NCBI GenBank assembly: GCA_964016885.1
Contig: OZ024753.1
Span: 36,270,001-36,334,000 of the forward strand
Length of the DNA: 64,000 bases
Direction: 5' to 3'
Origin: Eledone cirrhosa
Taxonomy: Eukaryota
The notes beneath the pieces were generated by a model. That model saw nothing but the letters and a program-made list of their open reading frames with translations. It ran no database searches and was not told where the DNA came from. The position numbers and the translations under genes are program-made. Shown here in pieces: positions 1-14,107 of the stretch (the stretch's first letter is position 1; each line of letters opens with the position of its first letter).

Positions 1-22
1 CCATCAAAAGGTATCCAATATG

Positions 23-855
23 TTGCTCCTTAACGGTTGAGCGCTTACTCTCATATTGGATACCTTTTGATGGTCCTTCACCTCTTCTTCTACAACATGG
101 ATTATCTTATATTATGCATACTCCAGTCCCACAAACTGTAGAGTGCTTCTTATCCGATATCTGCATTGCTTTATTGTACTACAATAAAACTCACCTCCTA
201 CATTTACTTGCTCCTTAACGGTTGAGCGCTTACTCTCATATTGGATACCTTTTGATGGTCCTTCACCTCTTCTTCTACAACATGGATTATCTTATATTAT
301 GCATACTCCAGTCCCACAAACTGTAGAGTGCTTCTTATCCGATATCTGCATTGCTTTATTGTACTACAATAAAACTCACCTCCTACATTTACTTGCTCCT
401 TAACGGTTGAGCGCTTACTCTCATATTGGATACCTTTTGATGGTCCTTCACCTCTTCTTCTACAACATGGATTATCTTATATTATGCATACTCCAGTCCC
501 ACAAACTGTAGAGTGCTTCTTATCCGATATCTGCATTGCTTTATTGTACTACAATAAAACTCACCTCCTACATTTACTTGCTCCTTAACGGTTGAGCGCT
601 TACTCTCATATTGGATACCTTTTGATGGTCCTTCACCTCTTCTTCTACAACATGGATTATCTTATATTATGCATACTCCAGTCCCACAAACTGTAGAGTG
701 CTTCTTATCCGATATCTGCATTGCTTTATTGTACTACAATAAAACTCACCTCCTACATTTACTTGCTCCTTAACGGTTGAGCGCTTACTCTCATATTGGA
801 TACCTTTTGATGGTCCTTCACCTCTTCTTCTACAACATGGATTATCTTATATTAT
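23..855. repeat. 185-bp tandem repeat, ~4.5 essentially identical copies
   Basis: Unit start TTGCTCCTTAACGG recurs at 23, 208, 393, 578, 763. The array runs into (TA)n. Bases 1-22 are the reverse complement of 52-73. Confidence 0.97.
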
Positions 856-862
856 ATATATT

Positions 863-950
<88 letters not shown>

Positions 951-1009
951 TATATAAATATATATATATATATAAATAAATATATATATATATAAATATA
1001 TATAAATAT

Positions 1010-1104
<95 letters not shown>

Positions 1105-1148
1105 AATATATAAATATATATATAATATAAATATATATATATATAAAT

Positions 1149-1185
<37 letters not shown>

Positions 1186-1346
1186 AATATATATATATAT
1201 AAATATATATATATAGATATATAAATATATATATATAGATATATATAAATATATATATAGATATATAAATATATATATATATAGATATATAAATATATAT
1301 ATATAGATATATAAATATATATATATAGATATATAAATATATATAT

Positions 1347-1385
<39 letters not shown>

Positions 1386-1387
1386 AA

Positions 1388-1685
1388 TAGTTTAGCGAGG
1401 TTTTTTATATGAAATCGTGTGTCGAAACAAATATTGTTATACTTGGGGAGGGTCATATTTGTGTAATATTGCCAGAATTAATAACAGAACACACTCACTG
1501 TTTGGTTGGTTTTCGCTTCTCGCTGTCTTTTATATCTGCGATCTAACTTAATCGGTCCTCAATGTTGCACTTGACTGACCGACGGTCAAAAATAATACAG
1601 ATACAATATAGACACAAACACATATATATAGTTTACATAATTTACATAAATCTTTCGTTGCACATCTGCAACATCGTCAGTGGTG

Positions 1686-1742
<57 letters not shown>

Positions 1743-1894
1743 CCTCCTGTTGTGTTGTATGTCTACGCCATTTTTTATTCAGTCTGTCTATATAAAAGAC
1801 AGCGAGAAGCGAAAACCAACCAAACAGTGAGTGTGTTCTGTTATTAATTCTGGCAATATTACACAAATATGACCCTCCCCAAGTATAACAATAT
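1388..1894 (-). mobile_element. Family A hammerhead-bearing element in (TA)n, with ~105-bp inverted duplication
   Basis: Homologous to 5161-5490 (e.g. ATATTGTTATACTT(G/T)GGGAGGGTCAT, CTACGCCAT). 1431-1535 is the reverse complement of ~1790-1894. TA tracts on both sides. Confidence 0.8.
1644..1685 (-). ncRNA. Type I hammerhead ribozyme (family A, stem I degraded)
   Basis: Minus strand reads CA CTGACGA T GTTGCA GATG TGCAAC GAAA GATT TA TG: intact core, perfect 6-bp stem II, self-complementary stem III. Only ~2 bp of stem I remain. Confidence 0.7.
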
Positions 1895-1947
1895 ATATAA
1901 ATATATATATATATAAATATATATATATATAAATATATATATATATA

Positions 1948-2035
<88 letters not shown>

Positions 2036-2038
2036 AAT

Positions 2039-2069
<31 letters not shown>

Positions 2070-2310
2070 AATATATATATATATAAATATATATATATAT
2101 AAATATATATATATATAAATATATATATATATAAATATATATATATATAAATATATATATATATAAATATATATATATATAAATATATATATATATAAAT
2201 ATATATATATATAAATATATATATATATAAATATATATATATATAAATATATTTATATATATATATAAATATATATATATATAAATATATAAATATATAT
2301 ATATATATAA

Positions 2311-2343
<33 letters not shown>

Positions 2344-2344
2344 A

Positions 2345-2377
<33 letters not shown>

Positions 2378-2415
2378 AATATAATATATATAAATATATA
2401 AATATATAAATATAA

Positions 2416-2449
<34 letters not shown>

Positions 2450-2585
2450 AATATAAATATATATAAATATAAATATATATAAATATATATAAATATATAT
2501 ATATATAAATATATAAATATATATATATAAATATATATATATATACATAAATATATAAATATATATATATATAAATATATAAATA

Positions 2586-2621
<36 letters not shown>

Positions 2622-2636
2622 AATATATATATATAA

Positions 2637-2667
<31 letters not shown>

Positions 2668-2732
2668 AACATATATATATAAACATATATATATATATAT
2701 ATAAATATATATAAATATATATATATATATAA

Positions 2733-2763
<31 letters not shown>

Positions 2764-2999
2764 AATATATATATGTGCGTGTGTGTGTGTGTATGTGTGT
2801 GTGTTTTAGTATACATATGGTGTATATAATTGTAGAGGTGTATGCTTGTGTAATATTAGTTGAGTGCAAGATGGCAGATATTTTGGGTTTGTTATGCAAT
2901 ATTTGCTGCAAATAGTTAATAGAAGGGGGTAAGACAGAGTTTTCCTGCAAACAGCTGTTACAGGGGACGTCTTACCTACCTATATATATACACACACAT

Positions 3000-3040
<41 letters not shown>

Positions 3041-4204
3041 TATATATACACACACACACATATATATATACACACACACACATATATATACACACACACA
3101 CACACATATATATATACACACACACACATATATATATATACTCACACATATATATATATACACACACACACGTATATATACACACACATACACACATATA
3201 CACACACACATATATACATATATATATACATGCAATCACTTATATGTACACACAGGCATACTCAAATACACATATATACATACATACAGTCATACATACA
3301 AACATACACACACACACAGTAGGTTCTTTGCTTTCATAATTTGGTCAGATTCCCTTGAATGATGTTAACGATGTTGATAAATGTCACATGTTTGTATTGT
3401 GACACATGCAGAAACAAGTTTAAATTCCTCCATTATCTACACATACAGAGAAACACACCAGAGAACACAGACACACATACAACGTGACATAGACACACAC
3501 ACACACACACCCACCCACCCACCCACACACACACTCACTGAGAGGCAGATGCACATATACAGACGTTCTGACAGACAGATCCGCACATACACATACACAC
3601 ACACACACACAGAAACACACCAAAGAACACAGACACATATAGCGTGACATAGACACACACACACACACACACACACAATCTCACAGATCTTCACACACAC
3701 ACAGTCTCACACATACACACAGTCTCACACATACACACACACAGTCTCACAGATTTTCACACACACACACACAGTCTCCCACATACACAGTCTCACACTC
3801 AGTCTCACACATACACACACACAGTCTCACACACACACACACACAATCTCACACATACACACACACAGTCTCACACACACAGTCTCACACACACACAGAT
3901 ATTCACACACACACACAGTCTCACTCAGACACACACACAGTCTCACTCACACACACACAGTCTTATACACACATACACACACATCTGCAAATGTTTCTGC
4001 TATTGTTGCTTCACTATTACAGTGGGGAATGTAATAAACGTTTCCTTTGGTTTAGTACAAGCCCTTCACTTTCTGGTTGTTGTTATTGTTGTTGTTGTTG
4101 TTTTGAAAGACGCCATAGCCATTGTTAAAATGCTTTTGCTCATCGGACTATTGCTCGATGATGGCTGACCTGGGGATAAACAAAAACAACAACAACCGAC
4201 AACA

Positions 4205-5035
4205 ACAAAAAGTGCTATGTGGCATTTGTTTTGGTTATTTACGGCCAGAGGTCAACTTTGCTTTTTATCCTTCCGAAATCGATAAAATAAAGTACCAGTC
4301 AAGTACTGGTGTCGATATAATCGAGTGAACCCCACTAACCTTCTACAAATGCTTGTGCGGTGTCAAAATTAGAAACAATTATTAGAGTGGTGAATTGGTA
4401 GAATCGTTAGAGCGTTGGACAAATGCTTTGTGATATTCGTTGAAACTTTTTACGTTCTAAGTTGAAATCCCACAGAAGTAATCTTTTATCTTATCAAGGT
4501 GGATAAAATAAAGCATCAGTCAGGTAGTAGAGTCGATATATTCGGCTTTTCTCTTTCCTTCAGATACTCAGATTCAAGGCCTTGTTCCTAAATTAGAAAT
4601 CATTATTATTTGGATTGGTGGTGGATTGGCAGTATCGGTAGAGAGTCGGACGCCATGCTTTGTAGCATAGAGTTACGCCTCTTCATGATCTGAGTTCAAA
4701 TCCCGCCGAGGTTAACTTTGCCTTTCATCCTTACAGGGTCGATAAAATAAAGTACCAGTAATGCACTGGGTATTTGCTGGCCTTGTGCCAAAAGTAGAAA
4801 CAATTATTATTTGGATTGGTGGTGGATTGGCAGTATCGGTAGAGAGTCGGACGCCATGCTTTGTAGCATAGAGTTACGCCCCTTTATGATCTGAGTTCAA
4901 ATCCTGCCGAGGTTAACTTTGCCTTTCATCTTTACAGGGTCGATAAAATAAAGTACCAGTTACGCACTGGGATCGATTTAATCGACTTTCCCCTCCCCCA
5001 AAATTGTAGGCCTTGTGCCTATATAAGAAACCATT
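4205..5035 (+). mobile_element. Head-to-tail cluster of four ~190-220 bp tRNA-derived SINEs (dominant family in window)
   Basis: Repeated GGATTGGCAGTATCGGTAGAG...CTGAGTTCAAATCC (B box)...CTTTGCCTTTCATCC...GTCGATAAAATAAAGTACCAG...GGCCTTGTGCC..AAGTAGAAAC. Copies start near 4205, 4385, 4617, 4818. The first two are more diverged. Confidence 0.88.
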
Positions 5036-5046
5036 GTTGTTGATGT

Positions 5047-5547
<501 letters not shown>

Positions 5548-5773
5548 AGAGTGAGATATTACAAATTGTGTACAAATAAAAGGGTTCTGGTGGCAATAAT
5601 TAAGAAATTATTAATATTATTATCATTATTATTATTAGTACTGCTATTGTTGTTGTTGTTAACATGTTTGGTTTTCCTTTTTCGTGTTTTCAAATCTCCA
5701 AGCGCCAATTTCTAAGTCTCGTTATACGCCTATTTAAGTGTACGTCAACAGAGAGGGGTGGAGAGAGAGAAGG

Positions 5774-5804
<31 letters not shown>

Positions 5805-5860
5805 GAGAGAAAGGAACATTGAGATAAAGAGAGGGAGATAGAGAGATAGAGAGAGAAAGA

Positions 5861-5904
<44 letters not shown>

Positions 5905-6071
5905 AAGAGAGAGAGATAAAGAGAGAGAAAGTTTTGAATGAGAAAATGAAGAATAAAGAGAGGAAAAGAAGTAGGAGGAAGAAGAGGATGAGGTTGAGGT
6001 TTTTAAACAGAAGTGATATAATTGGTTACTATATATATATATATATATATACATATGTATGTGTATATGCG

Positions 6072-6103
<32 letters not shown>

Positions 6104-6236
6104 CGTAAAATAAAAATATATAGGCATGTATGTATGCATACATATATTTACAAACATATATACCATAATATTTAAACATACACCTACACACTCACGTACA
6201 CACACACACACACACACGTACACACACACACACACA

Positions 6237-6306
<70 letters not shown>

Positions 6307-7200
6307 CAGATTCCTACAAACAAACACAGACATGTGAGCTGCTATCAACTTGTACAAAATTTCATGATGTAATTTTCAGTGCTTTTACGACAAGCTTATA
6401 ACAACAGAACCCCAATGTGTTTTGGCTGTACTGCAAACAACAAACCGAACATAGGGGGGCTTGATCTTTATTTAAAGACCCTTTAACATGCTTGAACAGG
6501 CGTTGGGAATCATCGCAGGAACAGCTTTTTATTTTAAATTTTTTCTATTTTCTTTTGTGCGTGTGTATGAGGTGAGGTTGGAGGGTGGAACTAAATAAAA
6601 CGTAATGGCGATGATGATGATGATAATAATAACAATAACAATGATGATGATGATGATGATAATAGTAAGAAGGCGAAGAAGAAGGAGGCAAAGAAGAAGA
6701 AGAAGAAGGCGAAGAAGAAGGCGAAGAAGAAGGCGAAGAAGAAGAAGAAGAAGAAGAAGAAGGATACCTTGATATCTTTTTGTTGGTACTCTGCCAGATA
6801 TTAGTAAAGAAGACATGCAGTCATTTTGGATCTAATCCAGTTAATGACTGGTACCCGTTTTATCCATTCCCGAACGTTAAAGTGTCATGGCCGACTCCTT
6901 TGGGATTTCAAATGGAAACATTAAGGGATCCAAAATAAGTATTTAGCCTGATATTCTAATATTTCTGATACCCCTCATCCCACTGAAATAACACATAAAA
7001 AACACACGTAAGTAACGAGCTACAAAAAGATCAGTTATTAGAGTATCTACAAAACAAGCCAGAACAATACAAACATAAAATATGAAAATGCTGTACCCCT
7101 GCCAGGAACCTTGAGTAATGGGTGGAAGAAAACGATCAAGAAAGAATGCGATCACAAAATCACACGGCCGAAATGTTGTTTCGCCGAAGAGTCTCTAGAG

Positions 7201-7796
7201 CAGGGGTGTGCAACAGGCGGCCCCCGGGCCACAATCCGGCCCGCCAGACCAGTCAGAGTGGCCCGCGATGACCGTTTTTAATTTTTACCTTGTAGGCTTA
7301 TTTAGAATTTTTTTTTCATAACCGTAATACAATTTTCTGTTAGTTGACCTATACTAAAGGGCTTCACTGATAGAGTTATGTGTGTTATAATGTCACAGTT
7401 GACCTCTACTAAAGGGCTCCACTGATAGAGTTATGTGTGTTATAATGTCACAGTTGACCTCTACTAAAGGGCTTCACTGATAGAGTTATGTGTGTTATAA
7501 TGTCACAGTTGACCTCTACTAAAGGGCTTCACTGATAGAGTTATGTGTGTTATAATGTCACAGTTGACCTCTACTAAAGGGCTTCACTGATAGAGTTATG
7601 TGTGTTATAATGTCACAGTTGACCTCTACTAAAGGGCTTCACTGATAGGGTTATGTGTGTTACAATTTCCCAGTTCCATGTTATGGAAAGAAGTTGTGGT
7701 GAATCTTTGGAATAGTGCTTAATAAATATTAATGGCCCTAATAGTTGTTCCAATGTTCAAAAGTGGCCCGCTAATGGAATATGTTGCACACCCCTG
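7201..7796. mobile_element. hAT (Charlie-like) MITE with internal 55-bp minisatellite
   Basis: TIR CAGGGGTGTGCAACA/TGTTGCACACCCCTG. Perfect 8-bp TSD CTCTAGAG (7193-7200, 7797-7804). Six 55-bp units at 7342-7675. Confidence 0.95.
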
Positions 7797-7820
7797 CTCT
7801 AGAGCAGCGTTACTCTATAG

Positions 7821-8159
7821 CAGGGGTTCTCAACCTGGTCCATGTGGACCACGAGTGGTCCACAGGAAAATTCAGGTGGTCCACACACAATTTTCAATAG
7901 CAAATTCTCTTTTGATCCATGCATTTGTCTTAAAGCGCTGTTCTTATTCTTCGCATAAGTACGACTTCAGCTGTTTATTTGCGTAGATTTTTAGGCACTG
8001 CGACATGATAATAGCATTTTCTAATTCATTGAAAAAAAAACATCTACTGATGCTTATAAGTAGCAGTTCTATTACAAAAGATTTAAAAGTTTAGATTGTC
8101 CACAGGAAAAAATTACTTATTTTGGTGGTCCACAGCGAAAAAAAGGTTGAGAACCCCTG
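7821..8159. mobile_element. hAT MITE
   Basis: TIR CAGGGGTTCTCAACCT/AGGTTGAGAACCCCTG. Perfect 8-bp TSD CTCTATAG (7813-7820, 8160-8167). Subterminal GTGGTCCAC repeats. Confidence 0.95.
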
Positions 8160-8290
8160 CTCTATAGTGAGCATACTCGGAGATGAGAGAGTTGCTCGTA
8201 GAGGGTATGAAGAATTGACTTCACTATTGGACCGATACTTTATTTATCGACTTTAAAACTGTAACTAATCTTATCTTCTTATCTTAAGTC

Positions 8291-8788
8291 CACCCTCCTT
8301 CAAAAACGAGGGAGAGGCGGTTTTCCTATATGTTATGTCTATGGTGAAAGAGGTTATATAGTGGACGAGGTTAAAAGGGCTGAGGTCACACACGTTTCTC
8401 TCCGGCGAGCAACTGATTCGTTTTTTCAAATATCATTTTGGAAGAAGAATCAGGATGGAGAGAGAGGTGCTGTACCCCAGCAAATTTTATAAAAGGTGGG
8501 TGAATGTGGCAAAGATGGCCCGAGTGGTTGGGCCTTCGCTCTATTCAAGCCTGTAGGTTGAGGAAAAAGAGGAAGAGAGGAAGGGAGTACTCACTCTTGG
8601 TGCTCCTGTAGATGAGGGTCGTACATTTTTTCTGGGTGTGTACAACTCCTGTGTAACGCCTCCCCCCTATTGGGGATATCAATTGTTATTTGTTATTTTA
8701 TTAATAGTTTTATTTTCATATACCTGTATGTAAACTCCCCATTTGTATTTGTCCCCTTCTTTTGTGCCCTTGTGGCTAATAAAGAAAT
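8291..8788 (+). mobile_element. 5'-truncated Tx1/L1-clade LINE (ORF2 C-terminus + 3'UTR)
   Basis: Frame 8290-8556 reads PPSFKNEGEAVFLYVMSMVKEVI*WTRLKG...FYKRWVNVAKMARVVGPSLYSSL*. AATAAA at ~8778. 12-bp TSD TTATCTTAAGTC (8279-8290, 8789-8800). Clade call rests on recalled C-terminal motif similarity. Confidence 0.75.
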
Positions 8789-9036
8789 TTATCTTAAGTC
8801 GATAGGCAAGATCCACAGACCTCATTCGTCAAATCGGACCATGGAAACAATGCTTCCATTGGTCTTTCCGTTGCTGACACTGGTCGCAATTTCTAGCAAC
8901 TAACACTTAACGCCACCTATAGCACCACCACCATCACCCCAACGCCGCCACTAACTCCAATAACATCATTCTAGCAGACCAGCTGTGTATTGATATTTAA
9001 CCTCGTTCTGAGAAACGTCAATTGCTTGCTCGATTA

Positions 9037-9998
<962 letters not shown>

Positions 9999-10083
9999 TA
10001 TATATATATATACACACATATATATATATATATATACACACATATATATATATATATATACACACATATATATATATATATAT

Positions 10084-10124
<41 letters not shown>

Positions 10125-10137
10125 TATATATATATAT

Positions 10138-10250
<113 letters not shown>

Positions 10251-10365
10251 GGGCGTGACGAGCTGCCGGCCTGTTTGTTTTCGTTAGTTGTACAGCGTTG
10301 TGAAAAAGGCCAACACGCCATCAATGATGGCGAAAGCAGAGAGTACCGGAAGTGTCAATACATAC

Positions 10366-10454
10366 CGTAGCTGGACGGGTTCCAGCAGTCAGCCATGACG
10401 GCTGCATATGATAAGATAATTAGTCGTTGAGAAGAAGGAGCAGCAATAGCGTTA
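10366..10454 (-). CDS. Candidate internal coding exon of an unknown gene ([29 protein letters not shown])
   Basis: Acceptor tttctaacacatag|, donor ACG|gtatgt. 89 nt, open frame, phase 2 to phase 1, non-repetitive sequence. Confidence 0.45.
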
Positions 10455-11430
10455 CTATGTGTTAGAAACTAAGCTAAGAAAACTGTCGGCGGCCACTTGG
10501 CTTTGTCTTTGGTAGAAATATGGAGAGACTGTAAGAATAATGTGGTGTTTGGTATTATTTGAGTTGTAATAAACGGTGGTGGTGGTGGTGGTGGTGGTGG
10601 GTCCAGTGTAGGAATATTTGGAGACGGTTGCTGCTGATAGGACTTGTAGGTGTGTCTGTGTCTGCTGTATCTGGCGACTGTGCCTCTCGCCACGGCCACC
10701 AACACCACCACCTTCTCAGCAAGATTAAGACTATAGAAGAAGAAGAAGAAGAAGAAGAAGAAGAAGGTAAAGAAGAAGAAGGCAAAGAAGAAGACGGCAA
10801 AGAAGAAGAAGAAAGCAAAAAAGAAGGCAAAGAAGGCAAAGAAGAAGAAAGCAAAAAAGAAGGCAAAGAAGGCAAAGAAGAAGAAGAAAACGTAGAAGAC
10901 AGAAGGAGACGTAAAAATTAGAAGAATGGTATTGTGGATTGACCTTATTATCATCATTCTGAGTTAAAATCCCGCTGAGGTTAACTTTGCCTTTCATCCT
11001 TACGGAGTCAATAAAATAAAGTACCAGTAATGCACTGGGATAATTGCTGGCCTTGTGCCAAATGTAGAAACAATTATTATCATCAGCCTCATTACCACAA
11101 AAATAACCACCGCCACGGCATTGTCATTACCGTTATCTCCTCCACCACTATGATCACGACGACAATGACAACCACCACCACTCCTACTACGACCATCACC
11201 ACGACGACCACTATATATATATATAAATTAATAAAAACAATGAATAAAAACAAAGAACAAGTTCTTTATATTAAAAAATTCATCATTTTACGATCGTTTC
11301 TAGGATATATATGTGTGTAGGTATGTATATCATATAGATTTATGTAAAAATATTACAAACTATCAGAGGAAATATACATACCTTCACATATATATGCTGT
11401 CTTCAGAAATGATTTTAATCGAACATTTTT

Positions 11431-11494
11431 GAATGCATCTTCTCTTTTCATGATATTTGGATTACATTGAGTTCTTCATACGGATTGGACACTA

Positions 11495-11559
<65 letters not shown>

Positions 11560-11639
11560 CAACCAAAATATACGGTAGTGTCCAATCCGTATGAAGAACT
11601 CAATGTAATCCAAATATCATGAAAAGAGAAGATGCATTC
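11431..11639. repeat. ~66-bp inverted repeat flanking a (TA)n tract
   Basis: GAATGCATCTTC...GGACACTACC (TA)n ... GGTAGTGTCC...GAAGATGCATTC; arms match exactly as read. Confidence 0.9.
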
Positions 11640-12016
11640 CTCAGATCGATTTGACGAAAGTCGATCGACTGTCGACATATATATATATACCGAGCGATGC
11701 GTTATGTCCTTGGGCAAGACATTTTATTTCACGTTGCTCCTTCTACCCGGAGTTTGCGACCGATAAAAAGTATTAGCAATTTGAAAGACCAATGGAAACA
11801 TTGTTTCCTCAGATCGATTTGACGAAAGTCGATCGACTGTCGACATATATATGAAAGACCATTGGTCTTTTAAATTGCTAATACTTTCTATCGGTCGCAA
11901 CGTGAAATAAAATGTCTTGCCCAAGGACATAACGCATCGCTCGGTTGGGGAATCGAACTCGCAACCTCACGATTGAGAGCTCAATTCTCTAGCCACTCAG
12001 CCACACGACTTCACTA
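11639..12016 (-). mobile_element. Internally scrambled tRNA-derived SINE (same family as 51899-52110)
   Basis: Minus-strand head with A box TGGCTGAGTGG and B box AGTTCGATTCC at 11945-12016. Body pieces occur in both orientations. Confidence 0.8.
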
Positions 12017-12059
12017 AATATATATTATATAGACACACACACACACATACACATCGACC

Positions 12060-12123
<64 letters not shown>

Positions 12124-12381
12124 TTACCACTAAACTACTACTCATATTTCTATAATAACAACAATGTGATTTGAGTTTCCGGCCAGGTTGTACGACGTTT
12201 CTTTTCTATTGAGATCACAACCACCATCATCATCACCACCACCACCACCACCACCACCACCACCACCTGGAAACCGCCCCCATTACTTCAGAACTGATAA
12301 TCCACCCTTTTCAGAAGTTTTCCTATCAGGTTGGTCAGTCTGGTGCAAAATTACCCCCCCCCCCCTCACATATCCATTTTG

Positions 12382-12501
12382 TTGTTGTTTTTGTTTGAAT
12401 TCTTCGGCCTTTCAATGGTCGGCTTGAGATACAGTAGGATAGTTCCTACTGTATCTCAAGCCGACCATTGAAAGGCCGAAGAATTCAAACAAAAACAACA
12501 A
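12382..12501. repeat. Perfect 58-bp-arm hairpin with 4-nt loop
   Basis: 12382-12439 is the exact reverse complement of 12444-12501; loop TAGT. Confidence 0.95.
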
Positions 12502-12832
12502 AATAAGCATCATTTCGTATTGCTAGGATAGTCTATCCACATCTGGTCACTTTCTCTTACTTTTTGCCTCTCCTTCGCTTCTTCCCGCCTCCCTACAATC
12601 CCATCTGGTCAAGCTGTTGACTGTATTTACGTTGTAGTAGTTGTTGTTGTTGTAGTTGTTTCATTAATCAACGATTAGTCCAGCCACTGTCGGTCATGCT
12701 CCGAGGTTGAAGAATTAACTGAAATTATTTGGCGATCATCGTTCGAATTTTTGCCATACTTATTCCTCTTTTCCTCTTCCTTGTTTTAGCAGCTGCTAAC
12801 TTTGACCAGTAGCGACCAGACTGTAGTAGTAA

Positions 12833-12880
<48 letters not shown>

Positions 12881-12885
12881 TAGTA

Positions 12886-12934
<49 letters not shown>

Positions 12935-13253
12935 TAGTAACGGCTCCCACCTGTGTAGGTTTAACCAGCCTCGTATGAGGTTACATCTCATATGAGAATT
13001 ATGTAGGGTGAGGTGGTGGTGGTGGTAGTGCTTTAATGATAGGATGTGCTAGACCTATCATATCACCAGTTTATTTTTTTCCTGTGTCATATTGATGGGG
13101 TCTTTTGAGATATGACAAGGCTAGACCTTTGAATTAAAGGTACATTTCATTCGATGCGCTTCAACACAGTTTCATAGCTTCTTTTGACTCGAGGCTACAC
13201 AAAGGGATCAAATTCGGGACCTCAAAATTGTGAAGCGAACTTTTTACCCAGCA

Positions 13254-13312
<59 letters not shown>

Positions 13313-13319
13313 TATATAT

Positions 13320-13508
13320 AACGAAGGAAATGTGGTAAGGAACCAGGTGGACCATAGCGCACCAAAGTACTCAATACTTAGGGTAGTAGAGTGGGTAATA
13401 GGAACGAGTGGGACCCCGACGACTGAGCTCAAGCAGTTTCGACGGCTAATTCAGTCCAGAATTAGCCGTCGAAACGGCTTGAGCTCAACCGTCGGGGTCC
13501 CACTCGTT

Positions 13509-13513
<5 letters not shown>
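13320..13513 (-). mobile_element. Family C TA-embedded fold-back element
   Basis: Homologous to 16321-16524, 49032-49180 and 62273-62341. Hairpin arms 13398-13452/13459-13513. (TA)n on both sides. Confidence 0.88.
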
Positions 13514-13570
<57 letters not shown>

Positions 13571-13648
13571 TCCATTACGAGCTGAAGCTCCGCTAGGGTG
13601 AAACGGTTGTTCTCGGTGTGGTGAACTAACTGTTGTGTTACTTACCAC

Positions 13649-13695
<47 letters not shown>

Positions 13696-14107
13696 CCTCT
13701 CTCTCTCTATATATATAGTAATGATGGTGGTAATGATGTTGATAGTGGGGATGATGAAAATGATGATTATATTACGGGTGATGATGACGATGATGGTGTC
13801 CATGATGATGATGATGATGATGATGATAATGTAGATAACGACAATGGGTATTTGTAGTATAGTGTCAGTTCAGCCAACATGGACGATGGAAGAGAATGGA
13901 ATTAAGTTGAAGATAAAGACTAAAACTACGAATGTCAGAAAAAATGGAAGAGAAATTGGTTTAGTGGACTGGCTACACAAACATTTGTTTAACTGATATA
14001 ATCATGGTGAGGGTTAAACCTGTAGAGTAATCGTGCTAAGCCTTGTGTGTATATAAGCACGTATATATACACACGCACCCACACGTATATAAATGCATGT
14101 GTATATA

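Noticed and set aside
23-855. CRISPR-like appearance of this and the 7342, 17560 and 22138 arrays
   Set aside because: Pure tandem units without unique spacers, eukaryotic context, no cas genes.
11370-11412. Minus-strand CTGAAGA..GCAT/ATGT..GAAG; also motifs at ~28185-28210 and ~49880-49940
   Set aside because: Core incomplete or stem I/II unsupported; cannot be separated from chance by eye.
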